Assembly: GCF_009834535.1 (NCBI RefSeq)
Contig: NC_045698.1
Location: 6,016,001-6,080,000, forward strand
DNA length: 64,000 nt
Origin: Camelus ferus
Lineage: Eukaryota
Direction of reading: 5' to 3'
Positions 1 through 12,637 of this stretch are shown one piece after another. Position numbers and translations under genes: made by a program. Below the pieces are notes generated by a model. That model ran no database searches and had not been told where the DNA came from. It saw only the letters and a list, made by a program, of their open reading frames with translations. How positions within the stretch are numbered: the stretch's first letter is position 1; the number at the start of each line of letters is the position of its first letter.

Positions 1-1524
1 GAAACCTGCTTCCCCTGGGTTCGGGGCCCAAGGGTCACCACAAAGGTTTTAGGAACCCAAATTCTTTGTTTGCTGCAGAGCCCAGGTGTCTTTGAGATTA
101 CAGTCCTGTGAAGATGGAGTTGGCTTTTTGCAGATTTATATTTGGTCAACCTAATTAATTAGTGACCAATGCCGAAATATTGTTCCTGGATCAAGGGCAA
201 GTCTGGGATATTTTGCCCTTACAAATAGACCTGAATATGGGCCCAGCTCTACAAAGTTCAGTTAAACATGTCCCTTGCTCTCTGCCTCAAAACAACACAG
301 TCTCCCCTCTGCCTGGAGGTGGAGCCCTGAAAGAGACAAGGATTCCTTTTCTAGCAAGCCCCCCATTTGTTAGCCAGGGATTGGGCCTGGGAGGACTGGC
401 ACAGCCCTGACAGCCCTCTCGTCTTCAGCTCTGTTTCCTGCCCCCAGGCCTCTATTGGCACTGCAAAAAATTAATACACAGAAACCTCAATTAAAGAGAG
501 CCAGGAGACCAGAAGGGGAGCTCCCATGCTCTGTGACTATGGCAGAGTCCAGCAAGGAAGACGGAAGACTCCTTTCCTGGCAAGGATTCAGCCAAGGAAA
601 ATCCATGGACTCTGTTTCCTGCAGCCCTCCCGTCTTGCCCCCTGTGTTCAAGTGCTCTCCTCCCCTCGCTGTGAGGGCGCTTGCGTGAAGCTTGCTGTGG
701 TAGCAGACCAGAACTGCAATTCTCAGCTAATCCCAAATAAACCCGTATTTGCTGGAGAAATATCTGGCAATTCATCTGTTTAGGTCAACGGTACCAACGG
801 TACCAGTTTAGGAGTGAGGGATTGGGACTTTTCCAACATTAAATATTGTGATTTCAATGGTCACCCTAGATTATTGCTTCTAGAGAAAAAGTTCCTCCTT
901 CAGAAAAGCTATGTTTTCTTCCTTTACTGATTTATTTCCAGTGTCTTTTCTATCAAGTCCTTTAAAGTTCAGCCACCACCAGCACTTGGTGTTTGTCCCA
1001 AAACACAGCAGCAAAAAATTTAACAAAATGCGGTGCTATCCCATTGCAGGCTTCCCTGCTCCGTTCTTGGGAAAAACGTGGGATGCAAAACAACCTTTGC
1101 TCCCTCCACTTACCTTGCAGATTCCGCAGTTAGCGTCTTTCCTTTGTCCCATCTCAACTCCAGGTGCCATTCTCTGGACCAGCTGGACTCTTTTGGATGC
1201 ACTCCCACTCTGGTGGATTCAAGCAAAGGAGAAACTTGTTGAAGTGACTCAGGGTGGCTGAAAAGTCAATCTTCAGGACAAGAGCCGGAGACCAAAGGGG
1301 TCGTGGGAAGCGAGATGCAACAGACAATCCATTCAGGGTGCCAAGTTTCATGTAATTTCACCTTTGAGTATATCTGTTATGTCTTCCCCTCAAGATTCAA
1401 GTTCCAGAAGAGGGAAACTCTGATTGCCCTAGTTTGGTTCTCATCCGTCTCCTGCAGCGGGGCCGGGGCTTAGGGAGAGGGCAAGGTAATCAGTATTCTC
1501 ATTGCCTATGATTTGGGGGGAAAC

Positions 1525-1631
1525 GGGATGACTAATTCTTGATTTGTGTGGGAATTAGTTTTGTTACTAAAAGTCTTACATCCTAGGAACCCCTGCAGTC
1601 CCATGAGAAGTGGGGATAGTCATTCACCGTA
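1525..1631. mobile_element. MER81-like hAT-Blackjack DNA transposon remnant
   Basis: Decayed termini gggatgacta...tcattcaccgta and internal actaaaagtcttacatcctaggaacccctgcagtccc resemble the recalled MER81 consensus. Confidence 0.55.
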
Positions 1632-3388
1632 GAAAGGAAAACTTGGTCCTCACAAGAAAATGGAGACATTTTTAGCAACGGCAGAGTGAAAGCTGGGCTG
1701 GCCTAAAACAGTAAATACACATGACAGAATGAAAAATGTAGATGTTATTATGGCAAAGGAGGTATAGATGCCCGGGAGGAGAAAAAGTCTGTTAACTTGA
1801 GCCCTCTTGTGGTTCCAGGTGTGGTATGTAATTTTCTGCACGCTGCTGGGCCACCAGGGTGGGAAATACAGGAGAGAAAGAGAATTCCAATATGTGGACT
1901 TAATCTTCCATCCTTGACTCTGAACCCTGGATTCCTTTCAAATGAGGAGGAATTCATTAGTTACCTACGAACCTTAAAGCACTGTCATTGACTCTTCCCT
2001 TGTGATTTTTTTTTCTGATTCTAAAACCAATTTCCTTATGAAGCATGGGTTTAGAGGACAGTGGTGCATGTCCCATGTTGACCAAGCTACACTGTAGACA
2101 AATTCAGGTGCGTTTATTCAATAATAGGCACAAAAACTCATCTGGAATTTCAAACATGACCAAGATCTAGACCACATCTCTAAGGAGCATGCAAAGGAGT
2201 GACCCCCATTCATGGGACCAATTTCCCTTGGAATCAGTTAACGCTGCTGAGTTTCATGGCCACAACAGGCAATCTCCACCGCCTGCAAACCTCTCTCCAG
2301 TTTCCAGGAGTCTCCAGTCTCCCTCCAGTCCTGAGAAAAAAGTTTCCACGTGTCTTTGAAACTATTCTGCCTCTCTTGTGCACTTTAGAGACTTCCTGTT
2401 TTCCTTCATACAATCTGTGAAGGTGGAGAGTTCCTACATATATTGCATAATTAAATGCCATTTCTGCACCATAATTAAAATTACCAGGTGACTAATGTTT
2501 AATGATACACCAACTTCACATTTCGTCAGAATTCTGTCTTCTACATCCTACTTCATTAAGAAAATGTATATTTTAATATGTACAACTGAGCTAGCCACAT
2601 CAGGGTTACCTAGAAACTCAGAATCGCCGAAGTCATATGTGAAGTCTGTCCACGATTGCTGAATATTTCCTTAATAAAACCAATTTTTAAAAAGCCTCCT
2701 TGAAAAAGTGGACACATGCTTCTACTCTGAGAAGATTTTGGAATGTAAGAACTGAAACATCCTTAGCTATTTCTTTTAGACTTAAGAGGATTTACTCATT
2801 TTTACTTCAACATTGTGATATTTTGCATGTGTGTGAATTTGCCTTGTCCACATGCTTCTCAATTGCTGTAAAATAGGTCTTTATATTTTATTATAATCTT
2901 TACATTCTTTAATCCTAGAGCCACGCACATCCCAAATTTGGAAAGGATGCCTCAATTTGTATTATTCCATCTTCTGTATCAACAAGGTTAACCAGATATT
3001 CTGATGCCCAGTGTTCAAAGCACATGTCATGGACAGCATCTTGCAATAAAAATGGCACAAAATTGATTTGTCATACAATTGTCCCAATTTATGTTTTGGG
3101 CAAGAGGATGACACTCTATGCATGTCACCCTAAGAATCCAAGGCAGGAGCTCCAGCTGTCACTCCACTTGAAAGGTGCAAATAGTAAGAGCAGGTGTGAT
3201 GATCACCTGGAGCGTGGACAACATACACTACACTTTCTATGCATTTTAGTGAACAGAGATTCATGATGTAGGAAAAAAAGCATACACATTCAGCAATTAG
3301 CCAGCACATTTCCTCTGAGACAGATAAATATTCAGCATATGACTTTTGGTAGAGGATATACAATGAAAGTGTGGGGCACAATGCTTTG

Positions 3389-3833
3389 TATTATGGGGTG
3401 AATTTTGTTGCCCAAAAAGAAAAGTTGAAGTACTAAACCCCAGTACATAGGAATGTGACCTTATTTGGAGACTGTATTTTTGCAGATATAATCAGGTTAA
3501 GATGGAGTCATCAGGGTTAGTCCTAATCCAATGACTAGAATCCTTTCGAGAAGATGGATATTCAGACACAGATGCAGGCTCACATGTGACGACAGAGGCA
3601 GAGATCAGGGTGATAAAGCTGCAAGCCAAAGAAAGTCAAGGATTTCCACCAGCCACTGAGAGCAAAGAGGGTCACGGTAGGGTTCTATCCTATTGGCTTC
3701 AGAGGGAACATGGCCCAACCAACGCCTTGATTTTGGACTTCTAGCTTCCAGAACTGTGAAACTATAAACTTCTGTTGCTTCAAGGCAGCCAGTCGGTGGT
3801 ACTGTGTTACGGCAGCCCCAGGAAACTAACACA
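3389..3833 (+). mobile_element. MLT1C-like ERVL-MaLR solo LTR
   Basis: Hallmark MLT1 blocks gaatgtgaccttatttgga, cctaatccaatgact, gccttgattttggacttctagcttccagaactgtga, and the end gttacggcagccccaggaaactaacaca. Confidence 0.9.
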
Positions 3834-6312
3834 CCTCATCTTCAGAAACCGCCACTGCACAGAGATTTGGCAATCTCCAGCTTTGAGCTGGACACTGGGT
3901 CATTGCAGGGGAGGCAAAGACTAAAACAATGTGTCTGATTTCCTGAAGCGCAGTTTACATTTTACACTGTTTGGATATTCTGGCACAGCTGGGCATGATA
4001 GCAGATGGAAGTCTTATAAGGCAATTTTGATCTCTTGCAGGAGTCATAAACTTCAAAACAATAATTGTAGTGCGAACCTCTTCCCAGGGCTGCAGGATGT
4101 TTCAAAAAGATGTAGATTTATGGTGGTAAAACCTAACAACAGACTGGTATGCCAACTATAGTTTTCAGTCCCTGTACTTATTAAGGAAGCACTTTTGTAG
4201 GTTAGAAGATTAAGGGTGGGAATTGGAAATCACCGCTTCTATATATACTGGTTTGAAATCTCCTGTAGGGCTCCGAAAGAGAGAAAGCTGTGTGCTTTCT
4301 TGCTGTCTGATCCTGAGTGTGTATTTCTTGTTGGTAATCGTTCTTGAGTTTTGCGTAGCAGCTTTGTGGAATTACATCTCTTTCTGTCAAACATGTGATG
4401 GCTTTGATCTTAGGAAAGTATTAGTGGTAACTGGTAAATCTGGGATGTCTACGTTCGAAATTGCATTAAACACAAAAGCATCTCCTATTCTTTAAGGCTT
4501 TTATTTCATTCCAACTATCAGCATTTTAATTGGAAAGAGAATCCGAGGATGAATCAACAGTGTAAGGCTTAAGAGATTCTGGCACCATTAGGAGTATTGC
4601 TTCAAATTTATTGCACAGGTTCCTCTTTTTTCCTAAACCTTACAATGGTATTACAACAAGTATATCACCCTGAATCAGTCTTTCTACCATATGTTCTCAC
4701 TGTTCTATATTATCATCGGCCCAGGGACCCTGTACACTAACCATAAGCTTTTCTTAAAGAATATTACAAGAAAGAGAGAGGTAAGCCAACATTTTCCACT
4801 TCATTTTAAGTAAATACATTAACTTATGGGCTCTGAAAAAATTAAGAAGGACATGGAATCAGCTACGATCTCTTTCACTGAGCAAATTAAAATGTTATAA
4901 TTAGAGATATTATGTAACTACTAGGTATTGAATTTTTCTTTCTCTCTCTTTCTCTTTCTTTCACAGAAACGTATCTGGAAAAATCTCAAACACAGACTTA
5001 GACTTAGATATTATCTTTTTACCTTTCTTCCATTAAAAAAAAAAAAAGAACTATCAGGGCCAGAGTAGTAGCTTTTTTATGATTATAGAAATGAAAGTAT
5101 ATTATTGAAACTGAGAGTGTCATTTTAAAATATACCCTCATATTTATTTGTGGTAATTCATAATATGAGGTGCACTGAAATTTGAGATTGTGATATTTCA
5201 TTTTCTAGAAACCAATAATAGAAGAAAAATTATTTTGATTACCCTGTGAGAAAGAGAAATTGTGGTTCAGTGAATATTTTTGTGTCTATAGTTAAAGCTA
5301 CACTTTAAAAAAGCAAATCAAATTTAATATTGACCAAGTGTATCAAATCAGTAGTGTCATTATTCTTCTAAGCACCAAGCCAACTTTTGGACAAAACCCC
5401 AGCGTTTAGAGCTTCTCCACTCCCATGAAGAAGTGCTGAATGGGAGAGGGGTGCTGCCAAGCTACACTAACAAAATGGGGTGATAACACTGCCCCCATAA
5501 CTATATTGCAAAGCACCACCTGTGGACTGGTTTGGTTGACTTCTGGCTGATCCCCACGGCATTTGATGACTGTGTCCCCGTTGGGCAATGATGGAGGAGT
5601 CATTTAATTTCTCACTTTTTCAGTCTATGATTTGGAAACAATAGCAATTTGTCACCAGTATCCGTCAGAGAATGTGCAGAGCTCAGTGGTTTTGTGTTTG
5701 TCTCTTCCCCACCCTGAACATGACCTTCCAAGTTTAGAACGATTTTGGAATTTTGCAGAAACACAGGGGAGGGGCCATAGCACTTCTGGAACTCACCATT
5801 GAGCATGGTGCCTGGCATTAATATTTGATTATTTCATGGTCCTTTGGAGTAACTACAAAATCATTTTAAAAGGTAGCAGCAGTATTTAACTTATGTATTT
5901 TTTGGTTTTGCTAATAAAAAGCATAGACATATGCAAGTTATATTTTGAAGAGTTCCACTTTGTTTTGAGTTAATTATTCATTTGATAAACTACTAAATTG
6001 AATGAGAAACACACATAAGATCTGACAAGAAGGAAGAGGAGTTTGGATCTTAGTCAAAACAATAGGCTTTAACTTCATCAAAATACACAATATGTTTACC
6101 TGGCAATTGGAAATAAATGTGAAAGCAGTGTTTTAATAACATGCTTGCCAGTTTACTAAAATGATGGGGGGGCCAATAATTACTTTGGGGAATTTACTTT
6201 ATAAATATGATTTCTAAAGATCTTTTGATAGGAAGAAAAGTAGTGTTAATTATCAAATTAAATGACTGTGCAATCGTTGCTAGCTAAAACTACTTTGAAT
6301 CTGCTACAACTC

Positions 6313-6786
6313 CAAATCTTCCTCAACTTATCCTGGGGTTGTCCCGATAAATTCATCATAAGTCGAAAATATTGTAGGTCGAAAATGCATTTAATACATC
6401 AAACGTACTGAACATCGTGGCTTAGACTAGCCTAATGTAAGCGTGCTCAGCACACTTACACTAGCCCACAGCTGGGCAACGCCATCTCACACAAAGCCTG
6501 TCTTATAATAAGTGTTGAATGTCTCATGTAATTGATTGAATACTGTACTGAAAAAGAAAAACAGAACAGTTGTTTAGCTGAGGAATGGTTGGAAGTGCAT
6601 CCCTTATTTACCCTCGTGATCGCCTGGCCACTGGGAGCTGCCTGGCGTCAGGAGGGAGCATCACCAGCCCAGGAGAAGATCAAAGTGCGAAGTGCAAAGT
6701 ATGGTTTCTACTGAATGCATATTGCTTTTCCGCCATAATAAAGTCAACAAATTTAAGTGGAATTATGCTGAGTCCAGTACCATCTG
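6313..6786 (+). mobile_element. Tigger5/MER47-family DNA transposon (TcMar-Tigger)
   Basis: gtcgaaaatgcatttaatac, gtgctcagcacacttacactagcc and ggtttctactgaatgcatattgcttt match MER47/Tigger5. It ends ...catctg followed by TA. Confidence 0.88.
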
Positions 6787-7914
6787 TATAAGTGAAGGAA
6801 ATATTTTTAAGGGGATTCTGATTTATTAGTGTTACCTTTTATCTTAAACCAGAGTTTGGCCTCCTAGAGTGTTGCCAGAGATAGTGGTCTGACTTCCTAG
6901 AAGCTGACACAGGGCACAGACAGGCCTCCAAGCTGGTTCCATAGATAACAGGCTGGTTTTCCAGGCTGGTTGCTGCAGATGCTGGTTGGGTCAGAGTTCT
7001 GTCTTTATGTGTGGTCTGTGTGTTCAGTGTCTCAGAGAGAAGACCGTGGAGCCTCCGCAAGGCACAGAAATGGGGCCTGACACATATGTCACAAACCACA
7101 GGTTTCATAAATTTGTCCCTTAAATTCATCATGGCTGCTCCAAGCAGCCATAGGGCTTAGCAAACTAAGATTCTAAGATCTCAGAACTACTGTCTCCCTG
7201 GTTGGAAAACATTGCCCTGGAGAATTGTTTCTGTGAAGATAGATCATTATTCATCTTCGTTCTGTTTATGGTAAAGGAAAAATACAAATGCTTCATTTAT
7301 CAAGAGATTAAAAGTAATGCCGACAAAAACTTCCTCTTCCCTCGAGGCTTTGATGAATTTTACTGACACTGCTTTGATTCAAAACAACAGCAAAATCTCA
7401 GTTTTTATCAATGAAGAGCACTTACATCATTTCTAGCAAAATGAAATAAAGTTGGTTCAGTGTACCTGACCCCCAACACCTGAAATTCTTATTCCCATTA
7501 AGTATGTCATGAACGATTTTCCCCCGACTGCAGAAATAGCAGGTCACTGCTGGTCTGGTTAGCTGTCATGGCCATGTGCTTTGCCTGCATCACAGACACG
7601 ATGAAGCTCACAAGTTTGGCATTTTGAAAAAAATCTTCGACCCCAAGTCTTGATGGTGCTCATTACTGACTGGCTTCTGCCCATGTTTCTGTGAGCTGCG
7701 TCTTGAGAGAAGGCGCTGCAGCATTGGCCGAAGCCTTTCCGAGCCTGTGCAGTTGCAATCTGGCAGTGGCCTGGCACTGACCTCTCTGGGCTGGGATCCT
7801 GCCTTCAGGAATGTGATCAAAAGGAACACACAGGCAGCCTGCATCCCACACTGCTGTTAAACACCAGATGTAAGTTCATGAAGAACTTTCATAATCCTGC
7901 CTCACCTATGTGAT

Positions 7915-8372
7915 GATTCCACCAGCGAGGCATGAGGGTTCCAGCCACTCCTTTTCTTCACCAGCACATGGAATGGTGAGTCCTTTTTAATTTCTGCTAC
8001 TATAATGGGACGTATGGTGACATATTGTGGCTTTGCTTTGTATGTTCTTGACAACTAACGGGGCTCGGCATCTTTTCTTATGCTTAGTGGCCATTCTTAC
8101 ATCTCCTTCGGTGAGATGTCTGTTCAAATACCTTGCCATTTTTAAAAATTGAGTTAGTTGTTCTCATTATTATATGAGAGGTTGTTCTCGTATTATTATA
8201 TGAGTCTGACTATTGAGTAGTCAAAGTTTTTTTCAATATTCTGTATACAAACTTCTTATCTGATATGTGTTTGCAAATATTTGCCTCCCAAACTCTGCTC
8301 TGTCCTATATTATGTTAAAATAATTTTTTCAAAGAGCAAAAGTTCATAATTTTGATGAGTATCAATTTATCT
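7915..8372 (-). mobile_element. Old L1 (L1M-type) ORF2 3' fragment
   Basis: Antisense L1 motifs gcatcttttcttatgcttagtggccatt, tgtctgttcaaata and tctgatatgtgtttgcaaatattt. Contains an imperfect 22-24 bp tandem duplication at 8157-8204. Confidence 0.85.
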
Positions 8373-8550
8373 TTAAAAAATACTTACAATGTACAGTGAG
8401 GAACATATAGATAGCTATGTTTCTGCACCATTTATCACTTTCTTTTTTCTCTTGAATATCTTTGTTAGCAACCAATTGTCAGAATACATGTGGACACTGT
8501 TTGGACACCTTGTTTCTTTGAATTAGCTTTCTATCCTTTTGCCTTTCTAT

Positions 8551-8777
8551 TATTTTAACAATTTTATTTATTTATTTATTTTTTATTTTTTAAACTTTTT
8601 TTTATTGAGTTACAGTCATTTTACAATGTTGTATCAAATTCCACTGTAGAGCACAATTTTTCAGTCAGTAGCTGAAAAAACAGTAAGAAATGCTTAGTTA
8701 AAGAACTCCTTCATTTTAGAAAAAGGAAATGAGAAGAATAATTAATATATGTTCACGTATATTTTAACAATTTTATT
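8551..8777 (-). mobile_element. Young, heavily truncated L1 insertion with 18-bp TSD and internal templated segment
   Basis: TSD tattttaacaattttatt at 8551-8568 and 8760-8777. A (TTTA)n/poly-T tail is followed by the L1 3' end at 8596-8665, whose reverse complement matches the L1 stub at 35146-35215. Confidence 0.9.
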
Positions 8778-9085
8778 CATCAGTTACTCAAGATGTATCT
8801 CCCTCAATAATTAATGCCTTAACATTTTTGTTCAGTAATGCGATTTATCTGTGATAGGCTCCCCAGGTTGCTGACTTCTACAAATGGATATATTCAGATG
8901 AAAAACAGACCTAAATCATCCCAATGTGAAACTAAACTTTACCTTTTGTATATGATGGAATTTATTAATTCTTTATCTATCTGCCATTTTGAATGGTGTG
9001 TGATTGTGTTATTCTCCTCATTTCCTTTTTCTAAAATGAAGGGGTTCTTTAACTCAGCATTTCTTACTGTTTTCTCAGCTACAGA
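8665..9085. repeat. 77-bp inverted repeat pair (8665-8741 vs 9009-9085), 72/77 identical
   Basis: Manual alignment of 8665-8741 with the reverse complement of 9009-9085 gives 5 mismatches and no gaps. Confidence 0.95.
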
Positions 9086-10706
9086 TTGACCTTAGTGCAT
9101 TCACTTCGAGAAATAATGAGACAGTACCTGGGTTGACCATGACTTTGTCAATCGACTATACCCTTCAGCTTCTCCTGCTGCCTACACTTACCACCTCCCC
9201 AATTCCTTTCATAGGCGTTGAGCCCTAATTTCCAATTGATATCCCAAACTCCAAGGAAGCACCTGGTTCTGGAGAAACCAGGGTGAGACAGGAACATAAA
9301 TTTGTCAAATGGAGTTTTAAAATAGAATGCTCGATGAAATTCCCCATTCTTCATTTACCGTGTGACAACTTTACCATCAGCTTCTTCACACGAATGCTTT
9401 CATCAAATGACCAGTTTGGGGGGAAAATGTGTTCTCTTGTTGACATGGAAAGATGAGCTGTATTTTCTGGGGAACGAGAGGACCAGCTGGCATCTGTGTT
9501 ACTAGCTTGACTCGCTGATCAGAGCTGCTGGCAGACAGCTTCTCCGGGCTCTGCAGAACTGTGTTTCGGGTGCTGTAGGTGCGTGCTACACTAGGGGTCT
9601 TTGTCGTCCTTTCCCCAGTTTGTTTTAGCATGTATGCTTGCTAAGATTGTGACGTTTCTGAGAAAAGGCAAATAAAAAAAATTAGTTTCGTATTGTATTG
9701 TTTTATTTTAATTCCCAAACCATATTTAGGTAGCTCAAGAGGATATCAGCTTTTGACATTTTGGCGATGGGCTTGGAACTAGTTTAGATTAATTTCTGAG
9801 GGCAACTCGTGAGGGGTGATTTGTGAGGAAGATCAAGCAGATATCACTTGCCTTTGGACATGATGGGAGTTCAAGGGACACTGAGCATTGCTGGAGAGTA
9901 GCACTCTCGGCCCAGGCTGTAAACGCAAACCTGTGATTTTGGAGGCCCAGTAATTAATTTCCATCGGTGATTGAAAGGGACAGGTGTCAGTGACAATCCA
10001 GGTGCAAATGAAATATAAACAGGAGATGTGAGGGGCTCATTTTCCTCACCCAAATCTACTGCCCAAGTAATCTATCTTCTGAGAAAGTAGAGAAATTACA
10101 ATTTGAAAGTTTTCTAGGCAGCAAGAAAAATGAAAAATAAATCACTTTTTGATGGTTTAGGAGGTTTGAGGGGAAAAGTCATTTCTAGGTCTATAATTAT
10201 GAACACATTTACATATCTATTTTCTTAAATAGCATTGAGTACTGGATTGTGTGTGTGTGCACTCTTTTTTATGATTGTATGGTGTGTGTTGACATTTTTC
10301 ACATTTTCATGGCTACTAGTTACATGCGAAATACTTAATGCTTAGAGAAAATATATTTAATGATTCTGTAATGCATTGTTAGCCCCTGCTCTTCTTGTTT
10401 GTAAATATTTATTTCCTCTTACTGTTTTTCAGGTTTGCTACCCCAGGCCAGAATATGTAAAGTTTTTTTTTTTATTATTGGTAATCAAGGACTCTAGAGG
10501 AAATGTTGCTAACAGGTGGGTGTGTGGGGATTGAAAGTGGAAGCTGGGGGATGTCATTTCCCTTCACAGAAATTGTTCTTATCTAAGGTTAGGATGCATG
10601 AAGACACGTGTCCAGTATGGATGATGAGGTGGAAGGCTGCACTGATGCTCCTACAAAGTTGTGTTACATATCAGAAAGTGCACAGAATTTTCAAAGCAAC
10701 TATAAT

Positions 10707-11096
10707 ATAGCAGCACTATTTACAATAGTCAAGACATGGAATCAACACAAATGTCATCAACCAATGACTGGATAAAGAAGTTGTGGTAAATATATATATA
10801 TACACACACACACACATACACACACACATTGGAGTACTACTCAGCCATAAAAAAGAATAAAATAATGCCATTTGCAGCAAAATGGATGGACCTGGAGATC
10901 ACCATTCTAAGTGAAGGAAGCCAGAAAGAGAAAGAAAAATGCCATATGATATTGCTTATATGTGGAATCTAAAAAAAAGGACAATAACAAACTTATCTAC
11001 AAAACAGAAACAGACTCACAGACATAGAGAACAAACTTATGGCTACCAGGGATTAAAGCGGGTGGGAAGGGATAAATCGGGAATTCGAAAATTGCA
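10707..11096 (+). mobile_element. Young lineage-specific L1, ORF2 end/3'UTR fragment, with (TA)n(CA)n microsatellite
   Basis: gcagcactatttacaatag, tactactcagccataaaaaagaataaaataatgccatttgcagc and aaaacagaaacagactcacagacatagagaacaaacttatgg. The microsatellite lies at about 10790-10828. Confidence 0.92.
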
Positions 11097-11240
11097 CCTG
11101 CTGGGGAGTGATGGAAATGTTAGCTATCTTGATTGTGGTAGTGGTTTCATTGGTGTGTCCATCTATCAAAATTCATCAAAGTGTACATCTGAAATATGCG
11201 TACTTTCCTGTCAGGAACCATACCACAATAAAGGTGTTAA
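11097..11240 (+). mobile_element. Old L1MC/MD/ME-type 3' terminus
   Basis: gtgatggaaatgtt...tatcttgattgtggtagtggtttca...tatcaaaattcatcaa...caataaag is the typical ancient L1M 3' end. Confidence 0.85.
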
Positions 11241-11323
11241 CTTTTTTTTTATTTTGTAAAAATGATAGAAACACTAAACAGCTTTGTAAAAAAAATAATA
11301 TTAGTTTTACAGTAGTTTTCACC

Positions 11324-11870
11324 TGTAATGGTTACTTTTATGTGCCAGTGTGACTAGATTAAAAGATGCCCAGATGATGGGTAAAACATTGTTTCTGTGT
11401 GTATCTGTGAGGGTGTTTCAGGAAGAGATTAGCAATTGAATCAGTAGTAAAGAAGATGGTCCTCACCAGTGCAGGTGGGTATCATCTACTCCATTGGGAG
11501 CCTGAATAGGACAAAAAGGGGGAGGAAGGATGGATTTACTCTCTGCTTGAGCTAGGACATCCATCTTCTCCGTCCTCAGACACAGGTGCTTCAGGTTCTC
11601 TAGCCTCTGGCCTCTGACCAGAACCTACACCTTTGGCCTCCTGATTCTCAGGCCTATTGACTTCAGCCAGGACTCACTATCAGTTCCCCTGGTTCTTAAG
11701 CCTTTGGACTTGAACTGAATGAAGCCACCAGCTCTCCTGGTCCTCCAGCTTGCAGACAGAAGATGGTGAGGCTCTACAATCTTGTGAACCAACTCCTATG
11801 ATAAATCTCTTATTATAAACCTCTCTGTTCATCGTGTTAATTCTGTTTCTCTAGAAACCTTAAGTCAGCA
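11324..11870 (+). mobile_element. MLT2B-like ERVL solo LTR
   Basis: Starts tgtaatggttacttttatgtg. Contains gtgagggtgtttcaggaagagattagc and ctccagcttgcagacag, and ends near ttctgtttctctagaaacc. Confidence 0.9.
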
Positions 11871-11889
11871 TCTCACTTTTTGCTACTTA

Positions 11890-12020
11890 TTATCTCACTT
11901 GACTCCAAGAACACAGGTGGAGCAGATATTATTATTATCTCAACATTTAGATGAGGAAATAGATCTGAGGAGTTAGGAGCCTGCTGGAGGGAACTCAGGA
12001 CCTCTGACGTCACACTCACA
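11890..12020 (-). mobile_element. MIR SINE fragment
   Basis: attattatctcaacatttagatgaggaaata is the MIR core in antisense. Confidence 0.65.
12005..12012. promoter_or_regulatory. Full CRE palindrome TGACGTCA
   Basis: Exact motif match; function untested. Confidence 0.3.
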
Positions 12021-12637
12021 GCATCCCTCACCAGCCTGGGAGAGGTCCATGCCCCTGCTGCTGGAACAAGCTCAGGCTGTAATAAGCTGTTTTCTAACCT
12101 CCTCAGGAGGACCTGGGGAGGCCACCAGCGCTGGACCCTGACGGGTTTTCCTGCATCAGCCCTCCTGGGACGGGGGGAGAAAGGATGGTCAATCTAAAAG
12201 GTCTAGTTTTAAGTAAAACTGGCCATTCCTTCACAATGAATTCACATTCTTTTTCATTGAGAAGTTTTCCTCAGTTTTTCAATGTTTACTTTTTGTAAGA
12301 ATGTCGTGATTTAAGTGAAAGGAACGTTAGAGGAAGCAAGACAACTACTTCCAACTTTCTTACGGATTCTTTTTCTAATGGAATAAGTAACGTTGCCTCC
12401 ACATGTGTCCTCTAATTAAAAATAACACATGAGCTTTGGTTTTTGCTGTTGCGTTTCGGAGCCCTAATTTGCTAGCTATATCCAAGGGGATTTGAAAAAT
12501 TAAGTGGAACTAACTTCATCTTGCTGTATTTGTCTCTGGGAAATTTTTCTAGCTTATCTGTTCCTGCTCTGCCTTTATCCACCCTCTGCATACATTTTCT
12601 TTTTCCTACAGAATAGTACACACTTCTTCCTGTGCTT

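Noticed and set aside
786..805. Short tandem duplications (caacggtac x2 here; also near 40610-40655, 43935-43966, 46432-46452)
   Set aside because: Ordinary slippage products with no repeat-spacer periodicity; not CRISPR-like.
4940..12611. Isolated strong + strand splice signals (acceptors at 4968, 10432, 12611; donor GAT|GTAAGT at 7870)
   Set aside because: No convincing partner site or reading frame; such sites occur often by chance.
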